This document shows, piece by piece, positions 22,677 through 34,417 of a DNA stretch of 62,000 nucleotides. The translations under genes and the position numbers were made by a program. Position 1 is the stretch's first letter; the number at the start of each line of letters is the position of its first letter. The notes under the pieces are model-generated. The model saw only the letters and a program-made list of their open reading frames with translations. It had not been told where the DNA came from and searched no databases. Source of the stretch: Wallemia ichthyophaga EXF-994. Taxonomy: Eukaryota > Fungi > Basidiomycota. The stretch spans positions 416,107 through 478,106 of the forward strand of contig NW_008806279.1 of NCBI RefSeq assembly GCF_000400465.1, written 5' to 3'.

Positions 22677-24049
22677 TCATTTGACTCTATCCAATACTTT
22701 CAAACAAAGCGCTTCTAATCCGTCCCTGGCGTCTGATTTGGGTAGCCTATGCAGCGCACTTTTAGCCTTATCTATATAACTAGCAGCCAATTCAGCTGTT
22801 TTTGGCATCCCGTTTGATTTTGCAACTAGCGCTTTAGCCTGTAAGAGAAGAGGTTATGTGAGTATCAGTCTGAGTCTGTGAGCTTTAAACCGCCCAATCC
22901 AAAACTCACATTTTGCACATCACCGGGATGTTTGAATTTCCGTTTGATCATGGTCCCCATCTCGTCGCCGAGTTCGCGCCATGCGAAAAGCGCAGGTGCA
23001 GTGGCCAATCCGAGCTGCATATCTGCACCTTCACCAGGCTTGCCTAAGTCAGCGGAGGGGGTGTAATCGAGAAGATCGTCGACGAGCTGCAGCGGGGTGT
23101 GAGCTAGTCATCGCAGTGAAGCTGATCAACCCACTTGGAAAGCCATTCCGAGATTCCTGCCGTAATCGTAAGCAGCGTCTTTGAGATACTCGCCCTGTGC
23201 CCAATTCTCATTCACACCCACACCGCCCAGACACACGGCAGCTCTTGCTGAGTGGCTGATAAGACTCGCTGTCTTAAGGTAAGTTTTGGCGAGGTATCTC
23301 TGGAAAGCCTCATCTACAACGGTATTTAGGTCGTTGGAACTCGACTGATACGTCTCGTTGAGCTGCTCTACCTCGCCTTGTACGAGATTCGCAATAGTCG
23401 CTCCGACCAACTCGGCCACTTCGAGACTGCGCAAGCGTGCGAGCATAATACTAGCACGTCCAAGAAGGAAGTCACCTGCAAATATAGTCAACTTGTTGCC
23501 GAAATGCACAGGTGCAGATGGAGCGCCTCTGCGAGTGTCTGCATCATCGACTACATCGTCATGCAGTAGACTGGCTACGTGGATCATCTCAACTATCTCC
23601 GCAAGCCGCCTCTGCGTAGGAAGTACACCATCTTGGCCGCGCTGGGAAATGTCGTTGTGGAAAGAGGGGTTGGTGTCGTGTAGGATGGATTGCGGGGCTA
23701 GTGGATCGTTGACGAGAACGTTTATAAGATGTTTAGGGGTGTTGTAGTGTGGTGACAGGTTCGCAGTTGCTTGCGCCATTAGCAGTACAATCGTCGGACG
23801 GAGATGCTTGCCGGGTGCTTCAAAGTAATATTTGGATAAAGTGTCTAGCTGACGGAGATTGCTGCCGAGATTCATTTTTATGTTGGTCGTTAAACCTTTC
23901 AGTTCCTTCCCCACTAGAGTGAATGGATCGACCGTTATGGGCGAGCTGGCTTTGTGTGCGGCGGCTGCTCGTGCTAGAGACGCAGCGGTGGTCCATGAGT
24001 ATCCGCGTGGTGTACTAACTGCTATAGAAGCAGCCCTTCTGTTTATCAT
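22677..24049 (-). CDS. COQ1: Mitochondrial trans-polyprenyl diphosphate synthase (coenzyme Q side chain), 3 exons
   Basis: GKHLRP, EMIHVASLLHDDVVDDADTRRG (FARM), YLKTASL, GRNLGMAFQ|LVDDLLDY (SARM), GADMQLGLATAP; Arg/Ser/Ala-rich presequence. Confidence 0.93.
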
Positions 24050-24139
24050 GGATGTACGTGGAGAAGGAAGGCAATGGCCGTGTACGTGTATAAACAACGT
24101 ATCGATTCGAATTAAATAACAAAATGATGGAAATGCTCT

Positions 24140-25361
24140 TTAGAAGATGGTGGGTACAGCTCTCCTCTCCTGTGGAGCTGACTGGGCTATACACTCAGAC
24201 AGCCAAACGATATTCCTCACTTCCTGCTCCTTAAGTTTGAAATAGCTGTAGAATGGTGCGTAATTGAATTGCTGGAGGAATGTTTCCTTGTTAAGAAGGA
24301 CATCATGAGCAAAAAATCTATCTTCGAGCGAGTTATTGTGATCGCTGTCCGTGTTATTCGACGAGAATCCATCAAACATGTGGTAATACTCCGGAATAAA
24401 CTCACAAGCTGCTCTGACTTGATCAAAATCTTCAGCTCTAGCTAGTGCATAGGTGCCTGCAGGGTATAATCTACCAAATTGAGGATATAAAGAGTTGCGC
24501 ATTTCCTTTGTCAACTCTGTATTAAAGCTGTTGAGCGTGATGTTTATTGATCTCCTGTCAGCTTCAAATGAGAGTAATTTAGCCATAATAGACGCAGTCG
24601 GATCACCTAATGATTGAGAAAAGTCGTAAAAGTCTTCCAAATACGCTTTGTAGACTGAATTTCTTATAATTTCGATATTCAAGTCATCCAAATCAGATGC
24701 ACTTAGGCAGCTTCTGAAGTACGGAGCTAGAGGGGTTTCAACGAGTACAGATTGATAAAGCTCTTCTACATTGGTTGCTACGCAGAGAGCGGACATAGCG
24801 TCGAATTTGCCGAGTGGGTGACACCTATCGAGAAGTTCGTGGGTGTCTCGTTCATGTAAAGTGCCAGTGATAAGGAGAATAACGTTATCGATCATGTAAG
24901 AGTAAGTCATGTAGTCTAAAAAAGTGGATAGAGGCTCAGATGCGTTTGATTTGACGTAATTGAACTCATCGACGAGCGTTTGAGATGATTTCTGTGATAT
25001 TGTGGAAGTGGACTGGGAATGTTAGCGGATACTTTTGAGCTGGATTGAACCCACCAATGGAAGCGTTTCATTGGATAGAAAGTTGCCATAATCTGTGGCA
25101 CTCAATTGCATTCTCAAGTCTACGCGTGAGCTGGATAAGCTGTGGCCACGACGAAAGCAAACTCAACTCACCCTCCAAGTTATCGCACTGCTGTAAGTTT
25201 GAGTAGTTCGATTGAGTGAGTAGTCCCGCCTTATATCCCCTGATAATTCCCTCCAAATATCCATTCTGAACCTGATGATTCTATCAGCTACTACTGCTAC
25301 TGCTATTCCTCTTATCCACACGCACATTAAAGAATAACATTTCACTGCCTAATACGCTCAT
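24140..25361 (-). CDS. VMA6: V-type ATPase V0 subunit d, multi-exon
   Basis: MLFFN|[14 protein letters not shown]...[17 protein letters not shown]...CHPLGKF...ETPLAPYF...LNIEIIRN...[14 protein letters not shown]...[17 protein letters not shown]. Confidence 0.95.
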
Positions 25362-25480
25362 TTTTAATTTTTATATTTCAATTGATCTTGGTTGTTTGAG
25401 TTGAAGGTGGTGAGATATCGGTTGATCCTCTACCATCATCATCAATCGACGCACAACGCACAACCCACAAATCACTAGAG

Positions 25481-28400
25481 ATGGACGATAATTTGTACGA
25501 CGAATTTGGTAATTACCTGGGAGATGACCTCGATTCTGATGAGGACGATGAGGATCAAGAGATGGTCCGCTCACAGCCAGCCCAGCCAGCCCACGCTCCT
25601 TTAGAAGGCTACGACGATGACGAGGATGACGACCCCGAAATCGCCGCTCAAAACGATCTTCGCATCTCCACTGTAGCCCAAGTTGACGGTGAGATTCCCA
25701 TCTCTCTTTCATCTACCTATCTCATCCACTCACTCAGCCAACCCACAAAACCAAGTAGTCTTGCACGAAGACAAGCGCTATTATCCTTCTGCTGAGGAGA
25801 CTTACGGGCCAGACGTTGAAACCCGCGTCGAAGAAGAAGACACTCAGCTCATCTCGGAGCCAATCGTCCAGCCAATCAAAGAGAGAAAGTTCCAAATCGT
25901 GGAGAAAGATCTCCCTGAAACCCGTTTTGATAGAAATTTCATGGTCGACTTAATGTACTACCCAGAAATGGTTAGAAACGTCGTCGTTATCGGCCACCTC
26001 CACCACGGCAAGACATCACTCTTAGATCTCCTCACTTTCCAAACTCACAAACTCATTTGGAATGCAGATGCCCCTGAAAGATACACTGACCTTCATAAAC
26101 TTGAACGCGCAAGAGAAATTTCAATAAAATCTACTCCAATGTCCTTTGTCTTGGAATCCACTATCGGTAAATCTATCCTAGTAAATGCAATCGACACTCC
26201 AGGCCACACGAACTTCGTTGACGAGGTGGCAAATGCTACTAGACTCGCTGATGGTGCGATCGTGGTGGTCGATGTTGTAGAAGGAGTTATGGCAGGCACT
26301 GAACTGTCCTTAAAACATATTCTACAGCAAGGACTCAAGCCTGTCTTAGTACTCAACAAGATGGAACGCCTTTTCTTAGAACTCCGTTTGCCTCCCTCAG
26401 AAGCTTATTTCAAGGTGAAACGCACGATTGAGGAGGTAAACAGTGTTGTTTCAAGCGTCATCCCCGACGAGAGCTCGCGTCTTTCTCCAGAACTCGGCAA
26501 TGTCGCTTTCGCTTCAACAGACATGCACTGGTCTTTCACCCTCCAGTCCTTCTCACAGATGTATGCAGATACCTTTGGTTCATTCGATGTAAACGCATTC
26601 GCTGCTCGCCTCTGGGGCAATATCTTCTTCGATGCTGAGAAGAGGAAATTCGTCAAGAAAGCGCCACAAGGCTCGCCACGCTCATTCGTACACTTTGTCT
26701 TGGAGCCTCTTTATAAGCTTTATACGCAGGTGAGTTGGTGAACAAGCAGTTTAAATTTACTTGACTAACTTTACAGGTGATTGGAGAAGATGTCAGCGAT
26801 CTCGCCAACACTCTAGCCGGACTGGGTATAACACTTAAGCCATCTGCGTACAAAATGGATGCACGCCCATTGCTCAAACTTTGTCTCGACCAATTCTTCG
26901 GTCCATCTACAGGCATCGTCGATATGCTCCTCGAACACATACCGTCAGCAGCGGAAGGGAACGCCACCAAAGTGTACAGACACTTCACAGGACCTCTCGA
27001 CACTCCACTTGCGCAGGGCATGCTCGCTTGCGACAGCAAAGCGCCAGCGGTGATACACGTAACGAAGCTGTATACGACTGTCGATGCGCAAGGGTTCCAC
27101 GCATTCGGCCGTGTGATGTCGGGACGCGCGCGCGTCGGCGATAGCGTCAAAGTGCTCGGTGAGGGATATTCGGTCGAGGATGAGGAGGATATGGCTACAG
27201 CGACGATTGAGGATGTGTGGGTGAGTGAGGCGCGCTACAAAGTTGCTGCACAGGAAATCCCAGCAGGCTCTTGGGTGTTGTTAGGTGGAGTGGACGATTC
27301 GATCGTCAAGACTTCGACAGTGGTATCGAATGCCGTTGCAAGTCCAGACGAACTACACATCTTTAGGCCGATAGCGCATATTACGGAATCTATTCTTAAG
27401 GTCGCTGTCGAGCCGCTCAATCCACCTGAGTTGCCAAGGTTACTCGACGGACTGCGCAGAGTCAACAAGAGCTATCCGCTGCTGACTACTAAAGTGGAAG
27501 AAAGTGGTGAGCATATCATTCTCGGGACGGGTGAGATCTACCTCGATTCAGTTCTTCATGACCTCCGTACCCTCTTTGCAGAGATCGAGATTAAGGTGAG
27601 CGACCCTGTCGTGAAGTTCTGCGAAACTGTCGTCGAAACCTCGGCCATAAAGTGCTATGCCGATACACCCAACAAGAAGAACAAAATCACTATCATCGCT
27701 GAGCCTCTTGAAAAGGGCATTGCGGAGGACATTGAGAAGAGACGTGTGGGGATGTGGATGACCAACAAGGAAAGAGGTAAATTCTTTCAAGATAAGTATG
27801 GTTGGGATGCTCTCGCCAGCAGAAGTATATGGACATTTGGTCCTGAAGAAGATGGTCCGAATGTGTTGATCGACGATACTCTGCCATCGGAGGTGAGCTA
27901 ATTGTCTCGTTTAGAATAACACCCCCACTAATCTAGTTCAGGTCGACAAGGTGTTACTGGGGAATGTGAAAGAATCCATCAAACAGGGATTCCAATGGGC
28001 AGCACGCGAGGGTCCATTAGCAGATGAGCGTAAGTGGGAGTAACATAGCGACCAACATACTTTACTGACAAACTTCAGCACTGCGTGGGGTCAAGTTCCG
28101 CATAATGGATGCACAGGTAGCCGAAGAGCCCATCTACCGTGGTGGAGGGCAAATGATACCTACAGCGCGTCGTGTCTGCTATTCAAGTTTCCTGATGGCG
28201 ACACCGCGGCTGATGGAGCCAGTGTACTATGTCGAGATGCTCACCACCGCCGAGAGTGTTCCACTCGTGTACCAGCTGCTAGCGAAACGTCGCGGACATG
28301 TGACGAAAGATGAACCTAAGGCCGGCTCTCCGCTGTATGTTGTCAAAGCACTCATACCGGTGATGGATGCGAACGGATTCGAGACGGACCTCAGGACCCA

Positions 28401-28650
28401 GTCAGCTGGTACGGCATTCGCGTTGGAAATTTTCGATCATTGGGCTATTGTTCCAGGCGATCCTGTCGATAGCGGCATACAGCTCAGACTGCTCGAACCA
28501 GCTCCTGCTCAACATCTTGCTCGCGACTTCATGCTCAAAGTTAGACGTAGAAAGGGCCTCGGTGATGGTCAGAACCTTATGGCGAAATACCTCGACGATG
28601 ACTTCGTTCTCAATATCGTGGCTGCTGGAAAATCTGACCTGCTGTTTTAA
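25481..28650 (+). CDS. SNU114: U5 snRNP 116-kDa GTPase (EF-2-like), multi-exon
   Basis: Acidic N-terminus [51 protein letters not shown]-like segment, [29 protein letters not shown]. Confidence 0.97.
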
Positions 28651-28898
28651 TCTTTCTCACCCCCTTTCAGTCTAACTTACTGACCTAAGTTATTTAAAAG
28701 TAATACATTGCATACACTTCACGCTTTACACTCAATACTTGGCCTTCTCACTTTTCACTCGCTCATACCTTGCTACGTATCTATATCTCTAAGGTATCAA
28801 TTGTCCAGCATTTATCGAAATCTTTTAGTCTTTACAATCATAAATATAGGTCTTAATGAAATTTAATAGTGCTATCTTTTCTCCCGTACAGACACTGA

Positions 28899-29558
28899 TT
28901 AGAAGTGGTCGTGTTGCTCATCGTGGTGCATGTCGTGGTGACCATGGCCATGCTCTTTATCGCCGTGGTGATCGTCGTGGTGGCCGTGGTGACCGTGGTG
29001 TTGTGGCTCACCTCTCTTGTGGTGCTCTTGTTCGCGGTGACCGTGGTGATCGTCGTGGTGACCGTGGTGACCGTGGTGTTGTGGCTCACCTCTCTTGTGG
29101 TGCTCTTGTTCGCGGTGACCGTGGTGATCGTCGTGGTGACCGTGGTGACCGTGGTGTTGTGGCTCACCTCTCTTGTGGTGCTCTTGTTCGCGGTGACCGT
29201 GGTGATCATCGTGCTTTCCGTGCTTATCATCGTGCTTTCCGTGCTTATCGTTCATTTCTTTTCTTTGTTCGTTTAATTTTTCACCCCATTCTTGACGTTT
29301 GTGGTGGTATTCGTGAGGGTATCCGTGGTGTCCGTGGTGCTCTTCGTGACCATATCTTTTGAGGAGGCCATCGCCGTGGTCATTGTCTTGCTTATGTCCT
29401 GAGCCAGCAGAGGCGTCCTTAGTGTTAACGTGATAGTTACCATCCTTGCCGTGTACATTGGTGTCCTTTGTACCAGCGTTGTGGCCAGAGTGGTCACTAA
29501 TTGGTCTAGCAGATGCAGCTGCGATGGTTGCGACTAATGCGAGTGTTTGAAGTTTCAT
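28899..29558 (-). CDS. Secreted His-rich repeat precursor with multiple Kex2 (KR) sites (KEP-like)
   Basis: Single exon: MKLQTLALVATIAAASA signal, five KR sites, and a 26-aa repeat GEPQHHGHHGHHDDHHGHREQEHHKR. Confidence 0.85.
   Translation of the reverse strand: MKLQTLALVATIAAASARPISDHSGHNAGTKDTNVHGKDGNYHVNTKDASAGSGHKQDNDHGDGLLKRYGHEEHHGHHGYPHEYHHKRQEWGEKLNEQRKEMNDKHGKHDDKHGKHDDHHGHREQEHHKRGEPQHHGHHGHHDDHHGHREQEHHKRGEPQHHGHHGHHDDHHGHREQEHHKRGEPQHHGHHGHHDDHHGDKEHGHGHHDMHHDEQHDHF
28963..29247. repeat. Coding tandem repeat: about 3.2 x 78 bp plus 2 x 21 bp
   Basis: Units start at 28963, 29041, 29119 and 29197; units 2 and 3 are identical and unit 1 differs by one base. ATCATCGTGCTTTCCGTGCTT occurs twice at about 29205-29247. 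Confidence 0.95.
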
Positions 29559-29907
29559 TTCAGTTGTTTGAGTTGTAGGAAAGAGAGGAAGAAGTAAACA
29601 ACGCTTTATATCATTCATGTAGAGAATTGTCCTCATAATTCATCGGCCATTCCTAACTTATCTGCAGCGAGAATGTGATCACAGATGAAATGGAGAATGA
29701 AGTTACGTTACACGTTCCAATTTGGCCGTGTATCTGGAAGAAATCACGCGTTGCTCGCGCTGTAAGCGTCAAACTTTATAAAATTTCCAGAACAACTCAA
29801 TTTAGAGTTGACTCAAGTGATCGTCTGCTATCGTTGCAACATCCAACACGTAAACGTAAATGGTAAGCGTGGAGGGGAGTATATTGAGGAATTTCGCTTA
29901 AAGACAC

Positions 29908-31878
29908 ATGCAGAGCAATAAGGCTATTGATCCTGAAAAGTTATTCGCGTTGGAGGAACGCGTCGGTAAAGGATCATTTGGTGAAGTCTACAAGGGGTGA
30001 GTGGGGATCGCTTGTATCGCATCATCACACCCAACAATCGCTACAGGTACGATAAGCGCAATAACTCTCAAGTCGCTGTTAAGATAATAGACTTGGAATC
30101 CGCCGAGGATGAAATAGAGGACATACAAGAGGAAATAAACATATTATCACAAATGGACTCTAAATTCGTTACAAAGTATGTCGGATTGTTGTTTTGTTCC
30201 TTCTAACACGCGCAGATACCACGGCTCATACTTGAAGAAGACTCACTTATGGATTATCATGGAATTCTGCTCAGGTGGCAGCTGCTCTGAGCTCATGAAG
30301 CCCGGCTTGATTAAAGAGGAGTTTATTGCTATCCTTATACGTGAATTACTTTGTGGTTTACTTTACTTGCACAATCAAGGTAAACTACACAGGGACATCA
30401 AAGCAGCAAATGTTCTTTTAAACTCATCTGGCGATGTAAAGCTGGCTGACTTTGGTGTAAGTGGTCAACTCACCTCCACAATGACAAAGAAGAATACCTT
30501 CGTTGGTACTCCTTATTGGATGAGCCCTGAAGTTATCAAACAATCTGGCTACGATCACAAAGCTGATATCTGGTCTTTGGGTATCACTGCTATCGAATTA
30601 GCTCAAGGTACTCCCCCATATGCTGATCTACACCCTATGAAAGTTCTCTTCTTGATACCCAAAAACAGCCCTCCTTCTTTGGACGGCAATTACTCTAAAC
30701 TGTTCAAGGAATTTGTCAGCTTATGTCTACAAAGAGACCCCAAAATGAGACCAAGTGCGCGAGAATTGCTTAAGCACAAGTTCATAAAAGGCGCTAAAAA
30801 GACTTCTCATCTAACAGAGCTGATTGAGCGTTTAGATAGATTCAAAATGGCAGGTGGTCTCTCGAAGTCTGCGAATAAGGGTGATATGCTCGTCGATCAA
30901 AATACTCTAGGTGGACAATCTGAGGACTTGTGGGATTTTGGTACTATTCAGGGTACACAGAGAGGGGGATTTGCACCACAATCCATACGCAATCAACCAG
31001 TTCCACCGCTGCCAACAGACATACCACCTCCAACTCAACAGAATATGCAAGCGTATAATCAGGCTTATGCTCCACAAATACACCATAAAGACTACGCTAG
31101 AACAGCACAAACAAATGAAAAGGAGACCAAACTTAACGAAAACGACATGCTTCGGTCTACATCTCGTATGACAATCGAGGATGGAGTGACAAACCGCTCC
31201 TACAGATCAGGCAGTACTCTGCGGGCAGGTCTCGTGAGAGATAGGGAAATGAAGCAGAGCAAGGAGCGTGATCCACTGCATAATCTCAGCAACAAGCCAT
31301 CGCCATCACCATCACCCACCAAATCCACAATGGGATACGTGGATACGCTTAAAGGTGGTAAGGCTGCTGCTGGTGGTGGTAGGTCAAGCACAGCTTCTAC
31401 TTATAGAGATCTGCCACCGATTCCCAAAGATGTAAAATCTCCAGCCCAAAACAGCATACTTAACACGCCTGACTCATTTATAGGCTCACATAGGAGTGAA
31501 TTGTTGCCAACAGCTGCTACATATGACAGTCCAGTTATTTCAGATGGTATTGGTCCTGGCACGGACAGTATGGCGAGTAGACAGCCACCGCCAACACCAT
31601 ATTCATACCAAGATGATCAAAGCATTAATAGGAGCGATAGTGGAATGACATCGGAGAGCACAGTGGAGTATGATGAGCAAATTCTGGAGCAGAGGACAAT
31701 GCTGGACGCAGTTGTACACCCGGTGCTAGACACAATAACGCGCAAGGTAGATACTGTTGACGCGAATATGGCGGTAAATTCACTCAAGAATGCATTTGAT
31801 ACTGCCGAGGGATTGATACCTGGACTGACGAATTATTTTATATCTGAAGTGGTTGAGTCCGTCGAGAGGGATGAATGA
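29908..31878 (+). CDS. STE20-family (GCK-III, MST3/4-like) Ser/Thr kinase, 3 exons
   Basis: [48 protein letters not shown], a disordered linker, and a short C-terminal helical domain as in GCK-III kinases. No CRIB domain seen. Confidence 0.9.
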
Positions 31879-32054
31879 ATATCAAACAATGAAACACGTA
31901 GTGTCTTGTATAATTATGTCTTAGAAAATAAAATGATTTTTATTTAACTGGAATCTGACCTTCCTTTTTGGGTGGAATGGATTTAGCATTTGCGTCGATA
32001 TTTGCATTTACAGCTAGCGTTACTCCCAACGGTCACTAAAACCACGACCAGAAA

Positions 32055-33202
32055 ATGAAGTTATTCAACGGTGGTAACAAGCCTAAGATGAACTTCAAGC
32101 TCTCGACGAGTATGCCTTCTTTTTATTCCATGGGATACGCGTTTGTCGGTCTCTGCGCGTCTCTCTGCGCATTAGTCGCCATGTGCTATGAGACAGATGA
32201 GTTCGGCAACGAGGGCCCATTTTCCCCTGGCCAAACATCCGGAGAGGCATGGCCCAACGTCTTCCTCAATTTCGCTATCGTGTTGGCCTACTTCCTCAGT
32301 GACTACATGGGCACTCTCCACCTCTACAGAATTCAGCTGTCTATATTCAACGCTGCTTCATTTGCCCTTGCCGTTGTTACCGTCAACCGCAAGATATACG
32401 AGCGCGAATCATCCGCTGAGGCGGTAGGCGCCGCGTTCCTTATCTTGGCGATATTGAATGTGAGTGATTTCTTACGCGATGTTCATAGAGCTGAAAAAGC
32501 TAGGTACTCTCCATCCTGCACCTTACAAGCGAGCCAAACACACCAGTCGCGGGCGTATTCAGAATGTGCACTGCTCCTACTTTCGGCAGCTTATCCAGTG
32601 GCGGTGGTGGCGGAATAAGCTCACACCCCCAAGCCATGCGCAACACGTCCACCTCGAACCCCTTCTCGAACCTCAATAAGCTGAATCGTCAGGACTCTAC
32701 ATCGTACGACAGCAACTCTCATTCAGGATTCTGGAGCAACCGCAACACAAACACACAGCAGCCAGTGATGCAACAGCAACAGCCACCACAACAACACACA
32801 CAACCACCACAGCCAATGATGCAACCACCAGCAGCAGTAGCACCAATCCAACACACAGCCAGCCCAGGCGCACCTACATCCCACTACGGTTCTGCACACG
32901 GTAGCTTGGGCAATAGAACCGCAAATACACCAAGCGACGGCTTGCACCATTCGAATGTCTCAAGCGCCCCAGGTAGTGGAAGCGGTAGCGGTACAACTGG
33001 CGCACATATCCCAGATCACGAATTGGCACAGGCGAGATGTTTATACGCTTACTCGGCTAGTCCTGACGACCCTAATGAGATATCGTTCACTAAGGGCGAA
33101 ACGCTCCTCGTTGTGGATAACTCTGGCAAGTGGTGGAGAGTTCGCAAACCGAATGGTATGGGTGAGGGTATTGCGCCTTCCAATTACCTGAATATGGTTT
33201 AG
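32055..33202 (+). CDS. SHO1: High-osmolarity signalling protein Sho1 (4 TM + SH3), 2 exons
   Basis: Four hydrophobic segments including LYRIQLSIF and [10 protein letters not shown]|[13 protein letters not shown]-rich linker, terminal SH3 [23 protein letters not shown]...GKWW...GIAPSNY. Confidence 0.9.
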
Positions 33203-33556
33203 AAAGTATTGGTCTATTCAATACGTGCGAGCTTCGTGCCTCTATAAATTAAGTTATTCACTCCCTTTAATACGCTTTTTAAAGTATTTTTGTATTATCT
33301 ACTGTCTCTCGTATTGTCATGAACGGTTTTACCTTGAATGAGTAGTGCATGGGTATATGTGAATTTTTTCGCTTGTGCTGTGGCACAAGGGCGGCAAGAT
33401 GGAGTTGGATATGTATCGCAGATACACGACAACTTTAATAACTCGGTAAGACAATGAAATGGCTTAACATTTACCCACAATGCGCGTATTTTCAAAGCAC
33501 AGGGCTTGTCAAGGATAAACAAAGTCAATCATCAAAACACGCGGTGGAAAGAGGGA

Positions 33557-34279
33557 ATGTCAACGAATAAAGAGTTCTTTGTACTTCGCAGGAGTGAAAT
33601 AGGAGATGATATCAAGCAATTTATAGCTGAGCAAGTCGACAGTGCTCGCGAGCTTATAGATACGGCAAATAGGTGGAAGCTGACGCGCCTGCGCGACAAG
33701 CATGGTGTGGAATGTCGCAGCACCACGATCGAAGGCAGCAAGTGGCATGTGAGGCTATCGCAGCACCCGACGCCATCGTATCAGAAGTTCAAGGAGGTGT
33801 TGCTGCACGACCACACAGCTCACGAGGCTGAGTATGTGGAAGCCATCAAATCACACAGTCTGGTAGAATACATCAGTCCACAGGCTCAGATATTCAAAAT
33901 AACTTATCGCATGCCACCGGGTATCGCTACTCGAGATTTTACGCCGCTGGTACTGACGCACGAGGAGGATGGCGGAGAGGGATATTCAGCGCAGTTTTTC
34001 GTTATCAGTATTGCCACTGATCATCCAAACGCCCCGCCAGATGAAACGAATAAGGTCGTCAGAGCAAAGTATACATCAATAGAGCGTGTGAGAGAGACAA
34101 AGAAAGGCGTAGAGTGGATTACAGCGACGACAAGTACTGCTGCAGGATTCTTGCCTGATGGGCTCACGAATTTGATGTTACCAAACGAGTTGGCCAAGGT
34201 GGGTAGATATGCGCTTAAAGAATGCTCATTGAAATGTGATTAGGATGTGCCTTTGTTTTTAAACTACTGTAAAGAATAG
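33557..34279 (+). CDS. DUF3074/START-like (SRPBCC) domain protein, 2 exons
   Basis: WHVRLSQH, LHDHTAHEAEY, YRMPPGIATRDF, VRAKYTSIERVRE, VEWITATTSTAAGFLP, K|DVPLFL; pattern typical of fungal DUF3074. Confidence 0.75.
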
Positions 34280-34417
34280 TACATGAACAGAGAAGACACG
34301 GGGTAGACGGACGCGGAAGACGCGGAAGCCGGAGATAAAGCAGTGCGTATTAGCACAACTCACAGCTAGTTGATACATTTTTTACATTTCGCTAAAAGAG
34401 CTCAATTTGTCCTTGGG

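Noticed and set aside
28963-29247. Regular direct repeats resembling a CRISPR array
   Set aside because: Units are contiguous with no unique spacers, lie in a coding frame, there are no cas genes, and the host is eukaryotic.
28853-29362. Overlapping ORFs with Val-rich, Thr-rich or Arg/Gly/Asp repeats on both strands
   Set aside because: Shadow frames of the His-rich repeat; only the 29558-28899 frame has a signal peptide, sensible processing sites and a good start.
18023-31878. Phocein/MOB4 and GCK-III kinase (both STRIPAK-associated families) within about 11 kb
   Set aside because: Separated by unrelated housekeeping genes; chance proximity is likely in such a dense genome.
28899-33202. 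Possible peptide-kinase-Sho1 signalling cluster
   Set aside because: The kinase is GCK-III type without a CRIB domain, not the PAK Ste20 of the Sho1 branch; no evidence of functional linkage beyond adjacency.
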